Origin: Felis catus
Lineage: Eukaryota
Direction: 5' to 3'
Length of the DNA stretch: 64,000 nt
NCBI RefSeq assembly: GCF_018350175.1
Contig: NC_058383.1
Coordinates: forward strand, 8,186,001-8,250,000
Position 1 is the first letter of the stretch. Each line of letters starts with the position of its first letter. The notes under the pieces were generated by a model. That model saw nothing but the letters and a program-made list of their open reading frames with translations, ran no database searches and was not told where the DNA came from. Of this stretch, positions 13,578 through 25,711 are shown piece by piece. A program made the translations under genes and the position numbers.

Positions 13578-14270
13578 AAAGTAGGCTTTATTATTACTTA
13601 CGTATACTTACAACAGATCAGGAGAGGACTGTCATTGAAAAGATGGTTCGTGGGGCACCTGGGTGGCTCAGTGGTTTGAGCATCTGACTCTTGATTTCTG
13701 CTCTGGTCATGATCCCAAGGTTGTGAGATCGAGCCCCACGTCAGGGTCCATGTTGAGTGTGGAGCCTGATTGAAATTTTTTCTCTCTCTCTCTAAAAATC
13801 TAAAAAAAAAAAAAAAAAGCAAAGATAATTTGTTATAGTGCATATCTATCCCCCATGGTGGGCCATAGGGGAAGCACCAGGATATAAGCACCAGCTATGA
13901 AGCCGAGGGAGTGAGGGAGAAGTGTGGACAAGAATCCTTATTGTGGTTTCTGCAGGAACGAATAAGTATGGCAAGATAAAAGGGATTCGGCTCACTAGTT
14001 TGAATAACTTCAGCAGGCTTGGGGGCGTAGGGGCTGTCTCTAGTGGTCTGGCACTTAACCTTGGGGTGATTGGGGTGGAGGGGGGGTATAGTGGTCCAGT
14101 GTGTGAGTCTTCAGTAAAGGGGGTGGCTGGGATATGGGCTCTGGATTCGTTGGCTTGTATATGAAAGGCACGACTAATGGTTTCCTGTTTCTGGGAATTA
14201 GCCAGCACTGACAGGGGCAGTCTCTTCAGGGTCAACAAGGCCTTAGATGTCAAAACATCAGAAACACATG
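13578..14270 (-). mobile_element. ERVL-class solo LTR (MER54/MER73/MER74 group), interrupted by a CanSINE at ~13652-13820
   Basis: Reverse complement begins ...tctgatgttttgacatctaaggccttgttgaccctgaagagactgcccct and contains aaccacaataagg, typical of this LTR group. Confidence 0.65.
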
Positions 14271-14274
14271 GTTA

Positions 14275-14500
14275 GGGGCACCGGGGTAGCTCAGTAGATT
14301 AAGCATCCGACTTTGCCTCAGGTCGTGATCTCGCGGTTCATGGGTTCGAGCCCCGCGTCGGGCTCTGTGCTGACAACTCGGAGTCTGGAGCCTGCTTCGG
14401 ATTCTGTGTCTCCCTCTCTCTCTGCCGCCCCCCCCCCCCAGCTTGTGCTCTGTCTCTCTCTCTCTCTTTCAAAAATAAATAAACATTAACAATTTTTTTA
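14275..14500 (+). mobile_element. CanSINE
   Basis: Head, CT-rich segment, aaaataaataaacatt tail. Confidence 0.9.
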
Positions 14501-14891
14501 AATTAAATAAATAAGAGAGAGATCTTTTTGACTCAACTGAAGGCTCTCAAAACAATGACGGGGATTCATCACGTTGTTTCTGGCAAAGACCATGAAAACA
14601 AGAGAATTTAATTTGAAATTAGGAACGTGTGAAAACTGGCCAAGCCACCGGAGGGGATTCTTAGCATCCATATGGAATATGTCACGCAGCCGAGGAGAAG
14701 TTGCGGAGCAAGAGACAGGAGCACTTTGGCCACCAAGTTGTGGTGGATGGGAGGGTGAGGCTGCCCGGGGGAGAACACCGTCTGTATCAATGCTGATGAG
14801 ATCAGCTAACATCTGTTGAGTTGAGTCCTTGGTGCCATACCCAATTTAAAGCATTTCACACCTACTGACTCATTTAAAATTATCAACAACT

Positions 14892-15130
14892 GGGCGCCTG
14901 GATGGCGAAGGCAGTTGAGGGTCCAGTCTTGATTTCGGCTCAGGTCATGATCCCAGGGTCGTGGGATTGAGCCCCGCATAAGCGTGGAGGCTGCTTGAGA
15001 TTCTCTCTCTCCCTCTGCCCCTTCCCTGCCTGTGTGCATGCGCATGAGGGCGCACTCTGTCTCTCAAATATATATATGTGTACGTATACATACATATGTA
15101 TATGATCAAGTATATGTATATATAAATAAA
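14892..15130 (+). mobile_element. CanSINE with TA-rich tail
   Basis: Head gggcgcctggatggc; (TA)-rich tail. Confidence 0.85.
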
Positions 15131-15418
15131 TCTAATTGGTAGGTACCCTTAACACCTTCATTTCTCCTTTATGGAAGATAGAGCCAAGGCACAGAGATTA
15201 ACCTGTTTGAGGCCCTCCAGGATTTGAACAGAGGCTGTGTGATGCCAGGACTCAACTCTGAACCACTGCCTTGGTGGGACCGTCCTGAAGGTGAAAATTA
15301 TGTCACTTGGAGGCTTGCCAGTGAATCTTGATCAGGGAAATAAAGCAAGCTGGGGACCAGACTATTCCATCTCAGAGGGAAGCTTCTAAACCCTTTAGCG
15401 GGGAAGGAAGCACACAGA

Positions 15419-17265
15419 CCTCCTCCTCCTCCTTCCTCCTCCTTCCTCCTCCTTCCTCCTCCTCCTTCCTCCTCCTCCTTCCTCCTCCTCCTTCCTCCTC
15501 CTCCCTCCTCCTCCTCCTCCTCCCTCCTCCCTCCTCCCTCCTCCTCCCTCCTCCTTCCTCCTCCTCCTCTCCCTCCTCCTTCTCCCTCCTCCTTCCTCCT
15601 CCCTCCTCCTCCCTCCTCCTCCACCCTCCTCCTCATCCCTCCTCCTCCTCCCTCTTCCTCTCCACTCCTCCTCTTCCTTCCTCCTCCTCCTCCCTCCTCT
15701 TTCCTCCTCCTCCTCCTCCCTCCTCTTTCCTCCTCCTCCTTCTCCCTCCTCCTTCCTCCTCCCTCCTCCTCCTTCCTCCTCCACCCTCCTCCTCATCCCT
15801 CCTCCTCCTCCCTCTTCCTCTCCACTCCTCCTCTTCCTTCCTCCTCCTCCTCCCTCCTCTTTCCTCCTCCTCCTCCTCCCTCCTCTTTCCTCCTCCTCCT
15901 CCTCCCTCCTCTTTCCTCCTCCTCCTTCCTCTTCCTCCCTCCTCCTCCCTCTTCCTCTCCACTCCTCCTCCTCCCTCCTCCTCCTCCTCCCTCCTTCTCC
16001 TCCCTCCTCCTCCTTCCTCCTCCTCCCTCCTCCTCCCTCCTCCCTCCTCCTCCCTCCTCCCTCCTCCTCCCTCCTCCTCCCTCCTCCTCCCTCCTCCCTC
16101 CTCCTCCCTCCTCCTCCACCCTCCTCCTCATCCCTCCTCCTCCTCCCTCTTCCTCTCCACTCCTCCTCCTCCTCCCTCCTCCTCCTCCTCCTTCCTCCTC
16201 CCTCCTCCTCCCTCCTCCTGCTCCCTCCTCCTCCTCCCTCCTCCTTCTCCCTCCTCCTTCCTCCTCCTCCCTCCTCCTCCTTCCTCCTCCTCCCTCCTCC
16301 TCCACCCTCCTCCTCCTCCCTCCTCCTCCTCCCTCTTCTTCTCCACTCCTCCTCTTCCTTCTTCCTCCTCCTCCCTCCTCTTTCCTCCTCCTCCTCCTCC
16401 CTCCTCTTTCCTCCTCCTCCTCCTCCCTCCTCTTTCCTCCTCCTCCTTCCTCTTCCTCCCTCCTCCTCCCTCTTCCTCTCCACTCCTCCTCCTCCTCCCT
16501 CCTCCTCCTCCCTCCTTCTCCTCCCTCCTCCTCCTCCCTCCTCCTCCTCCCTCCTCCTCCTCCTTCCTCCTCCTCCACCCTCCTCCTCCTCCCTCTTCCT
16601 CTCCACTCCTCCTCCTCCTTCTTCCTCCTCTTCCTCCCTCCTCTTTCCTCCTCCTCCTCCTCCCTCCTCCTCCTCCCTCCTCCTCCTCCCTCCTCCTCCT
16701 TCCTCCTCCTCCTTCCTCCTCCACCCTCCTCCTCCTCCCTCTTCCTCTCCACTCCTCCTCCTCCTCCCTCCTCCTCCACCCTCCTCCTCATCCCTCCTCC
16801 TCCTCCCTCTTCCTCTCCACTCCTCCTCCTCCTTCCTCCTCCTCCTCCTCCCTCCTCTTTCCTCCTCCTCCCTCCTTCTCCTCCCTCCTCCTCCTCCCTC
16901 CTCCTCCTTCCTCCTCCTCCTTCCTCCTCCACCCTCCTCCTCCTCCCTCTTCCTCTCCACTCCTCCTCCTCCTCCCTCCTCCTCCACCCTCCTCCTCATC
17001 CCTCCTCCTCCTCCCTCTTCCTCTCCACTCCTCCTCCTCCTTCCTCCTCCTCCTCCTCCCTCCTCTTTCCTCCTCCTCCCTCCTTCTCCTCCCTCCTCCT
17101 CCTTCCTCCTCCTCCTCCTCCCCCCTCCTCCTCCCTCCTCCTCCTCCCTCGTCCTCCTTCCTCCTCCTCCTTCCTCCTCTTTCCTCCTCCTCCTTCCTCT
17201 TCCTCCCTCCTCCTTCTTCCTCCTCCACCTTTTTCTTTCCCTCCCTCCTCTCCTCTCCTCTTCTT
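15419..17265. repeat. ~1.85 kb (CCT/TCC)n low-complexity polypyrimidine/polypurine tract
   Basis: Top strand is almost only C and T, with rare A and about two G (16220, 17151). Recurrent landmarks such as ccaccctcctcctcatccc and ctctccactcc. Confidence 0.97.
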
Positions 17266-18470
17266 AACTTGTTAATATGGACAGTTTCAAATATATACCC
17301 ATAATCTGCTTCAACAATTATCAGCCATTTTCAATCTCATTTTATCTACCATCATTTTCTTCTTCTGGAGTATTTTAAAGCAAACGCCAGACATCATGTC
17401 ACCTCACCGGTACATACATATGTTTAACAGATCAGGGATTTAAAAAAAACCCACATAACTGCCATGTCATTATCATACCTAATAAAATGAACAATGGTTC
17501 CTTAATATCATCCACTATCCAGCCCATATTCAAATTTCCCTGATGGGCTTAAAAATGTTTTTACAATGGGTTTGTTCAAACCAAGGTCCAAACAAGGGCC
17601 ACTCATTGTGTTTGGCTATATTTTTTTAAGTCTCTGTCTTTAAAAAACAAAATAAAACCACCCTTCTATTTTAGAGCAACATCGGATTCAAAGAAAAGTT
17701 ACAAAGTCACTCAACATCTGATTCAAAGAAAAGTTACAAAGTCACTATGCAGTTCCCCTGTACCCTTCATTCAGTTTTCCCTAATTTAATATCTTATACA
17801 ACCATGATACATTTCAAAAGGAAGGAAATTAACATCAATACATTACTATTTTTTTTTTTACATTTTAATGCTTTTTATTTATTTTCAAGAGAGAGAAAGA
17901 GACAGAGCACAAGCAGGGAGGGGCAGAGAGAGAGGGAGATAGAAGCTGAAGTAGGCTCTAGGCTCTGAGCCGTCAGCACGGAGCCTGACGCAGAGCTCGA
18001 ACCCATGAACTGTGAGATCATGACTTGAGCTGAAGTTGGATGCTTAACCAACTGAGCCACCCAAGAGCCCCAACATCGATCCATTCCTATTAACTAACCT
18101 TCAGTTTGTTGGGATTTCATCAGTTTTCCACCAATGTTCTTTCTCTGTTCCAGGATCCAGTCCAGGATCCCACAGTGTCTCTTGTGATCTGTCGTGGCCT
18201 GCCTTCTCTTTTCCCTTCATGCCATTGGGGTCTGGAGAAGCCAGGTCAACTGGCCCATAGAATGCCCTGCGTTTGGACTTGGCCGATTGCTTCCTTCTGG
18301 TGTTTTAACTTGTTCCTCTGTCTCCTGTATTTACTATAAATTCATGGTTACGTGTAAAGCCTTGATTAGACTGAGGCTCCATTTCTTTTAAAGGGAGGAA
18401 TTCTTTGTGGATGGTGCTTTGTACTTCCTGCCGGCACATAATGTCTGGAGGTTCCAGTTTCAGTGAGTTC
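17266..18470 (-). mobile_element. Old L1 (L1MC/ME-like) 3' fragments with a CanSINE at ~17850-18071
   Basis: ttgttaatatggacagtttcaaatatatac...tattttaaagcaaacgccagacatcatg...ttccaggatccagtccaggatcccaca are antisense L1M 3' motifs. Confidence 0.65.
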
Positions 18471-18479
18471 CGAAGGATC

Positions 18480-18810
18480 TTTTATTTTTTTCTTTTCTTT
18501 TTTATTTTAGAGAGGGAGAGAGTAGGGGAGGAGCAGAGAGCAAGGGGGACACAGAATCCCAAGCAGGCTCCAGGCTCCGCCCTGTCAGCACAGAGCCCGA
18601 CGCGGGTCTCAAACCCATGAGCCGTGAGGTCATGACCTGAGTCAAAGCCTGACCCTTAACCCACTGAGCCATCCAGGTGCCCCGAGAGTGAGAGAATCGT
18701 AAGTAGGCTCCACGATCAGTGCGGAGCCCAAAATGTCATGGCCCTGGGATCATGACCTGAGTTGAAATCAAGAGTCAGACGCTCAACCAGCTGACCCACC
18801 CAGGCGCCCT
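18480..18810 (-). mobile_element. One CanSINE plus a truncated second copy
   Basis: Two antisense heads ending at ~18683 and ~18809. Confidence 0.85.
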
Positions 18811-20149
18811 GGAGGATCTTTTTAAACCCACATGACATGTTTGTCCTATCACCGGTGCACCTTTGAGACAACAACAACAACGATGACGACAAGTTTTTTC
18901 CTCTTTGGATGATTAGCATTTTTGGGTATTAGACAGGTGTCCTTTTTGAGAGGTCTGGTTTTTCCAATCAACTCTTTCCAGGCCAACGTACTAGTCATTC
19001 TGCCCTTAAAACGAGTCCACTCAAAGATTCTCATCATCATCAACAGTAAGAAGTTTGCAGAACAGGAAGCAAGACGACCATTGTCCATTCTTCAGAGAGG
19101 CTCTGCAAATCCGGAAGTGCCAGGGGGTGAGCTGTCCCCAGAATGCCAGCGGTGGAATGGAATTTGCAGCCTCACGTAGCTCATCTCACAGGAGGTATGG
19201 CAGAGTGGAGAGCCACCTTGAGGGGTATTAACAGCCATAGGACACAGATCAGGACCCTGCTGCAAGTGCCGGGAGCTGGTTGACCCTGGGCAAATTAGGG
19301 CCATCGGGTTCAGCTCTGCAGAATGTGTGCTGCATAAATCTGGGGCAAATCATTCCCATGGATTGGCGAAGTGAATGGCGGCCCCTGCAGTTGTGCAGTC
19401 TACAGCATACACAAATGTACATGGCCACCCTGAAGAGCTACACAGCGCTCTATGGGTCCCAGTTTTATCTTCTACCAACTGGCTGCACCAGGGTCAAGGC
19501 AGGAAGCAGAATGGATCCTGGATGGTTCAAATGAAGAGGCTTCAATGAAGGACCCCTTATAGACACATGGGATGGGGAAGCATGTTGTGACGGATGCTGT
19601 TGGGGCCTACTGGGAGCTGGAGCACGGAAGGGGCCTCTGGTCGCAGCTGGAGCCCTGGAAGGACAGGTTATTGTCACAAACTTGGACACTGAAGCCGGGA
19701 AGGAGCCGGAAAGATGTATGCCCGCTCTCACTCTCCCCCTGGCTTCCTCTCTTGCTGATTCCTCCCACTGGCTGGACTGAGGGAGCCAGGCGATGCAGCC
19801 TGCCAGGCTCAGAACACGGCAGAGAGGGGTGGCAAACAGAGGAAAGTGCTTCAGGCCACCTGGGATCCGATAATAGATCTGAGACCCCTTACGCCTCACA
19901 TTCCTTCATTCCGGGCACAACATTTAAAAAATACTGGGCTCCGTTTCCCCCCTAAACCATGTTGGACCCTGATGGGGAAGTAAATAGCGAAGGGTCAGTG
20001 TATGAAAGGCCTGGAGGTAGCCAACAGTGGCAGGACGCGGGGCAGGACTCTGGGTTCCCAGGCACCTACTCAGAACGGAACACCTGTCTTGGCCCTGGGG
20101 ACCCAGAGAGGCACACTTCAGTCCGAGCCCACAGCCCCAGCCTCCCTCC

Positions 20150-21172
20150 GCCATCCTAGGACAGTGCTGTCCCCACCTCCCGCACTGTTTCCAGCCTCTA
20201 CTCTTGACCCTCTTCTGGCTTCCCCTGGTATGTGTGGAATGATCTGGACCCGACCCTCCCCCACCTTACTCTATTCCAGCCACACCAGCCTCTTTGATCC
20301 TCCTAGAACTTGTTACATTCTAGCGTCTCATGCTCCTCCTTCCCATCATTAAAGTCTTCAGGGGCGCCTGGGTGGCTCAGTCGGTTGAGCGTCCGACTTC
20401 GGCTCAGGTCACGATGTCACGGTTTGTGAGTTCCAGCCCCGCATTGGGCTCTGCTGACAGCTCAGAACCTGGAGCCTGCTTCGGATTCGGTGTCTCCCTC
20501 TCTTTCTGTCCCTCCTCTGCTTGCGCTCTGTCTCCCTCTCTCTCAAAAATAAGTAAACTTTAGGGGAAAAAAAAGCCTCTGCTTCAATAACACCTCCTCC
20601 TAGAGGCCACACCCACCTCTCCATCTAAAGCAGTGTCCCCCACCCCTCGTTACACCCAATATTTAAAAGTGCAATCTCCTGGGGGCACCTGGGTGGCTCA
20701 GTCGGTTAAGCGTCCCAACTCTTGGCTTCCGCTCAGGTCCTGATCTCACAGATCGTGGGTTGGAGCCTCGCATCGGGCTCTGTGCTCACGGCGTGGAGCC
20801 TGCTTGGGATTCTCTCTCTGCCCCTTCCCTGCTCCCGAGCGCTTGTTCTCTCTCTCTCACAATAATTAAATAAACTTAAAAAAAGTAGAATGCCTTGTTG
20901 TTTTCTTGTTTATTGCTGGTAACGCTGAGGAGAGTTTAAGCATCTTGATGTCAGGGCCTTGGTTTACCTTACTCACCAGATAGAAGGATGGATTCCTTTC
21001 CAATGGTTTTGTAGGACACAGACAACTCTTTCTTCCTCCCTTTATTTTGTTCCTTTCGTTAGGGGTATTCTTTGAAACGATTCCCCTAATGCAAAGAAAA
21101 AAAAAATCTTACAGTTAAGTGCCTGGCATGTCATAGGCACTCAATAAATATTTGTTGAATGAAGCAATGAAT
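20150..21172 (+). mobile_element. L2 3' fragment interrupted by two CanSINEs (~20361-20575, ~20681-20885)
   Basis: L2 terminus gtgcctggcatgtcataggcactcaataaatatttgttgaatgaa at ~21119-21163. Confidence 0.75.
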
Positions 21173-21744
21173 CGGTGATCCCATATATGTTGGGGGTGCC
21201 TCAGAGGGTGGAAGTGGGGGCGTAAGGCAGGCTGAGTGGAGATCAGTCCTGACTCACTTCTCTCCTGGGCTCCTCACGCTCTGTCCCATGACTTCACTGC
21301 CTCTGCCTCCATGGATTAGCCTCCAGTTCTAGGTCTGTCCCCCCAGTGAAATATCCTCATTGGATAACCTAGAAGCACATCTGCATTCAATACATCCCCA
21401 AAGGGACTCTCTTCTGTCACCCCCGGCAGGCCCGCTCTCCCCTTCCCAGGCTCAGTTCATGGCCCTCCTAGAAGGGGGCAGTATACACAGTGACTAGGAG
21501 TCCCAGACTGCCTGGGTCTGAATCACCGCTCTTTGTGCCTTAGTTTTGCCATCTATAAAATGGGGATAATAACGGTACCTTGTTAACTTGTTGGAACGAA
21601 TCAAAGAGTATAGAATTTCAGGTGCTTGGGACAGTACCTGCATCCAGGAAGCTGGAGCTGTGTTCCACTGTCACCATTATCACGGGCTGTCTCCTGGGCG
21701 GGGACCCAGCATCATTTCAGATACCCGCTTCACCCTTCGTGCTT

Positions 21745-22455
21745 CCGATAGACATATAACAGAAGTTTTGCATGTGGTTTTGAATTTTCTAATAGCCACC
21801 TTCAAAACATGTAGGAGAAAAAAGGAAAATTAATTTTAACAATTTTATTTAGCCCAATGTATAAAAAAAATGATCATTTCAACATAGAATAATATAAAAG
21901 TTAGTGGTGAGATATTTTACATTCTCTTTATATGTATTTATCTATTTATTTATTATTTTTAATTTTTTTTTAACATTTTTATTTATTTTTGAGACAGAGA
22001 GAGACAGAGCATGAACGGGGGAGGGTCAGAGAGAGAGGGAGACACAGAATCTGAAACAGGCTCCAGGCTCCGAGCTGTCAGCACAGAGCCCGACACGGGG
22101 CTCGAACTCACGGACCGTGAGATCATGACCTGAGCCGAAGTCGGACGCTTAACCGACCAAGCCACCCAGGCGCCCCTCTGTTTATTTATTAAGGATTTAA
22201 AAATTATTTTTCACTAAATCTCTACACCCAACGTGGGGCTCATACCCACAACCCTGAGATCAAGAGTCACATGCTCCACTGACTGAGCCATCCAGGCACC
22301 CCTTTTACATTGTTTTTAAAATTTGGAGTCAGTTCTTCAAAACCTGGTGTATACGCTATAGTTGTAACACCTCTCGCTGTGGACCAGCCACGTCTCAAGA
22401 GTTCAACAGCCACAGGCAGGGGCTGGTGGCCACAGGGTTGGACGGTATAGACCTA
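21745..22455. mobile_element. MER33-like hAT-Charlie DNA transposon fossil, interrupted by CanSINEs (~21950-22177, ~22200-22301)
   Basis: aattttctaatagccac...ttaattttaacaattttatttagccca...ggaccagccacgtctcaagagttcaacagccac...ggttggacggtatag. Confidence 0.7.
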
Positions 22456-22579
22456 AGCGGTCAGCAGGTTTTTGGGGGATTCTCTCTAATTCTGTCTAAC
22501 CTGCTCCCTCATCACCATCTCCACTCATCTTCCAGCTATGCTTTTTAAAAAATTATTATTACCATTATTATTAAAAACA

Positions 22580-22856
22580 AATTTTTAATGTTTATTTAGT
22601 TTTTGAGAGAGACAGACGGAGCACGAGTGGTGGAGGGGCAGAGAGGGGGGAGACACAGAATTGGAAGCAGGCTCCAGGCTCTGAGCTGCCAGCACTGAGC
22701 CCGACGCAGGACTTGAACTCACGAACCGTGAGATCATGACCTGAGCCCAAGTCGGATGCTCAACTGACTGAGTCACCCAGGCGCCCCTAAAAATTATTTT
22801 TATTATTGATTTATTGATATTTTAGAGAGAGTGAGTGTGAGCAGGGGAGGGGTGGG

Positions 22857-22903
<47 letters not shown>

Positions 22904-23016
22904 TCTTAAGCAGGCTCCTTGCTCAGCACAGAGCCCAATACTGGGCTTGATCCCTTGACCCTGAGCCTAAATCAAGAGTTGGACACTCAACCAACCAAGC
23001 CACCCAGGTAGTGCCC
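22580..23016 (-). mobile_element. Two tandem CanSINEs
   Basis: Two antisense copies; the second has a long (GA)n. Confidence 0.9.
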
Positions 23017-24094
23017 CTACCTGTGCTCTAAATGCTTTTCTGCAAAAGCCTCTGTGTTGGTCTTCCCGGCCTCCAACCTTTCCTGTTCCTATTTGTTCTA
23101 GCTTCTGCATCCAGAGAAAGCTTCCTAAATGCAAACCGAATCACTTCCAGCCTCTGTTTAAACCCCTGCAGGGATGCTCCACCCCCTGCGAGTGGGGCAA
23201 CTTTGGCCCCCTGTGATGTGTCCCTGCTGGTGCAGTGGAACTGGCCTCTTGTCTGGCTGTTGCTCATGTCTTCTCTGCTCAGCTGCCTCAGGTGCCATTT
23301 CCTGTTATAATCTTACCTTAGCTGCTACAATTTCCCGACCCTGTGTATGTGACTTGCTCTGGGATTTATGTATGGAAAAGGACGCGGTGATAGATGACTC
23401 TAGAAAGGTAGTTTGGGGCCAGGTGGTGAAGGACTTTGAACGCCAGATCAAGGAGTGTTCAGACTTTATTCTGTAGGTAATGGGGAGCCACTGTGAGTGT
23501 TTGAGGGAGAGCAGCTAGGGCAAGGGATGAGTCCAAGAGGGACTTTTGGCATCAGGCTTAAAGGGAGATCAAATCCAAATCCTTGGCACCCTCTGCAAAG
23601 GCCTGGAGGGGAATGACATGATCTGCATTCCGGAACCATCTTTTCTGAAGGCCACTGAGGGGTGGGTTGGAGAGAGGAAGTGAGGCAGAGAACAGTGCTT
23701 GTTCGAGCTTTTGTAGGTGAGTCCCTTTCTACTATTATACAGAAGAATGTACGTGAGCATGAACTCTCCTAGTGACCCTAGGTGAGAATCCTCTTTCTGT
23801 CTTACAGACAGACAAAGAAACTGAAGTTCAAGGCTAAGAAAGTGGTCCCCAGCACCCCGCGGTAAGTGCCTGCATCCGGGTCCTGTTGGGCCTGATGCCG
23901 GAAGGCCTGCAGGCGGCAGGACAGCCGCTGTGTAGCACCAGGTGCACCCAGACTACGAGGCTGCTTCCCATGGCAAAGGTCTCTCTGGGCGGCTCTGTGA
24001 GGGCGCGCAGGCCAGATGGAAGTCAGACGGCAGCACAGGGCTTTGAAAGAAAATGGTTCCTTACTTTGACTCCCTTGCTCCCCTGTAAGATTTA

Positions 24095-24375
24095 CTTTTT
24101 TCTTTTTTCACTTGGAGTTAAGTTAATACACAACATCACACCGATTTCAGGCGTACCACAGTGATCCGACAATTATATGTATTACGAAATAGTTACCCTC
24201 TGTCACCATGCAAAGTGATTACAATATTATGGACCGTATTCCCTATGCTGTACGTTTTCATCCGCCGTGACTTATTTGCTTTATAACTGGAAGTCTGCGG
24301 CTCTTAATCCCCTTCCCCTATTTCGCCCATCCCCTACCCATTCCCCTCTGGCAACCCACCACCAGTTGCCCCCTC
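24095..24375 (-). mobile_element. L1 3'-end fragment (L1MA9/carnivore-type)
   Basis: acaacatcacaccgatttcaggcgtaccacagtgat...tataactggaagtctg...cccctctggcaacc. Confidence 0.7.
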
Positions 24376-24895
24376 TCTGTCTCCCCATAAGAGTCTGATT
24401 AAACTGACATGGTCTTCTGGTTACAAGCAACGCCCTAGCTTTAATAATGCCTTAATTTTAAAATCCCAGAATTAATTTTTGGCCCTCTTCGGCATGCAGA
24501 GATTTCCCCCAAAGCCTTTAATTCTGTAATCAACTATTTCTCCAATCAAAGAAGACTCCACGGGACTTTCATGGTCTTAATTAATGACTGTCTAATCAGA
24601 ATTCCACTCTGACTGCTTTAATCTCCCCTTCCCCCTTTTTTTCTGGTCTCTCAATGAAGGGCTTATCTAGAACTTGTTTTGACTTCAAACGGACACTTTG
24701 GTAATAGTAAATTGCAATACGGGTTTTATCAAGTGGAACCAACTTTTCATTCTCTTTCTTCTGGGTCTTAGTATCAAAGCCACCCTTAGGGAATATGGCC
24801 TTCCTTCCTGTCTGGTTTTCAGCAAAACATGCCTTCAGAGAAGCCCGGGGAAGGTGTTTTAGATTATGCGCAACAAAGACCTCCAGGGTAAAGCC

Positions 24896-24927
<32 letters not shown>

Positions 24928-25115
24928 GTGTATTCATTTTTGAGAGAGACAGAGACAGCAGGAGTGGGGGAGAGGCAGAGAGAGGGGGAGGAAGAGAGAA
25001 TCCCAAGTAGGCTCCGCACTGTCAGCACAGAGCCCAGCTCATGAAACCATGAGATCGTGACCGGAGCCGAAACCAAGAGTCTGATGCCTAACCAGCTGAG
25101 CCACCCAGGCGCCCC
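24896..25115 (-). mobile_element. CanSINE
   Basis: Long poly-T; flanked by gggtaaagcctt and gggtaaatctt, a TSD-like pair. Confidence 0.9.
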
Positions 25116-25260
25116 TGGGGTAAATCTTTCTAAAGTGATGATGGTGGGCTGATCTTCACCAAGGCTATGTGGAGGTTTTTGGTTTGGTGAGCTTACCTGG
25201 CGATTCTTGCTTAAGTAGTAAACATAGTATTTTTTTTTTTTTATTAAAAAAATTTTTTTT

Positions 25261-25490
25261 GGGGGCGCCTGGGTGGCGCAGTCGGTTAAGCGTCCGACTT
25301 CAGCCAGGTCACGATCTCGCGGTCTGTGAGGTCCGTGAGTTCGAGCCCCGCGTCGGGCTCTGGGCTGATGGCTCGGAGCCTGGAGCCTGTTTCCGATTCT
25401 GTGTCTCCCTCGCTCTCTGCCCCTCCCCCGTTCATGCTCTGTCTTTCTCTGTCCCAAAAATAAATAAATGTTGAAAAAAAAAATATTAAA
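25261..25490 (+). mobile_element. Young felid SINEC_Fc-type SINE
   Basis: Diagnostic cagccaggtcacgatctcgcgg...gggctctgggctgatggctcggagcctggagcctgtttccgattc; CpGs retained. Confidence 0.9.
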
Positions 25491-25494
25491 AAAA

Positions 25495-25711
25495 AAATTT
25501 TTTTTTAATGTTTATTTATTTTTGAGAGAGAGACACAAAGTGTGGGTGGGGGAAGGATAGAGATAGAGAAAGGGAGACACAGAATCCAAAGCGGGCTTCA
25601 GGCTCCGAGCTGTCAGCACAGAGCCCGACGCAGGGCCCGAACTCACAAACTGCGAGATCATGACCCGAGTCGAAGTCAGACGCCCAACCGACAGAGCCAC
25701 CCAGGTGCCCC
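25495..25711 (-). mobile_element. CanSINE, inverted relative to its neighbour
   Basis: Antisense copy ending gccacccaggtgcccc. Confidence 0.9.

Noticed and set aside
15298..17304. 658-aa Pro/Ser/Leu ORF and several 100-530 aa Gly/Glu/Arg ORFs on the opposite strand
   Set aside because: Artefacts of the C/T-only tract, where stop codons can hardly form in any frame. The 658-aa ORF begins at TTG, not ATG, and has no domain content. Not a collagen or extensin gene.
18960..19052. Exon-like segment between ctctttccag and ca|gtaaga
   Set aside because: No recognisable protein, no partner exons and no promoter nearby; such splice-like pairs occur by chance.
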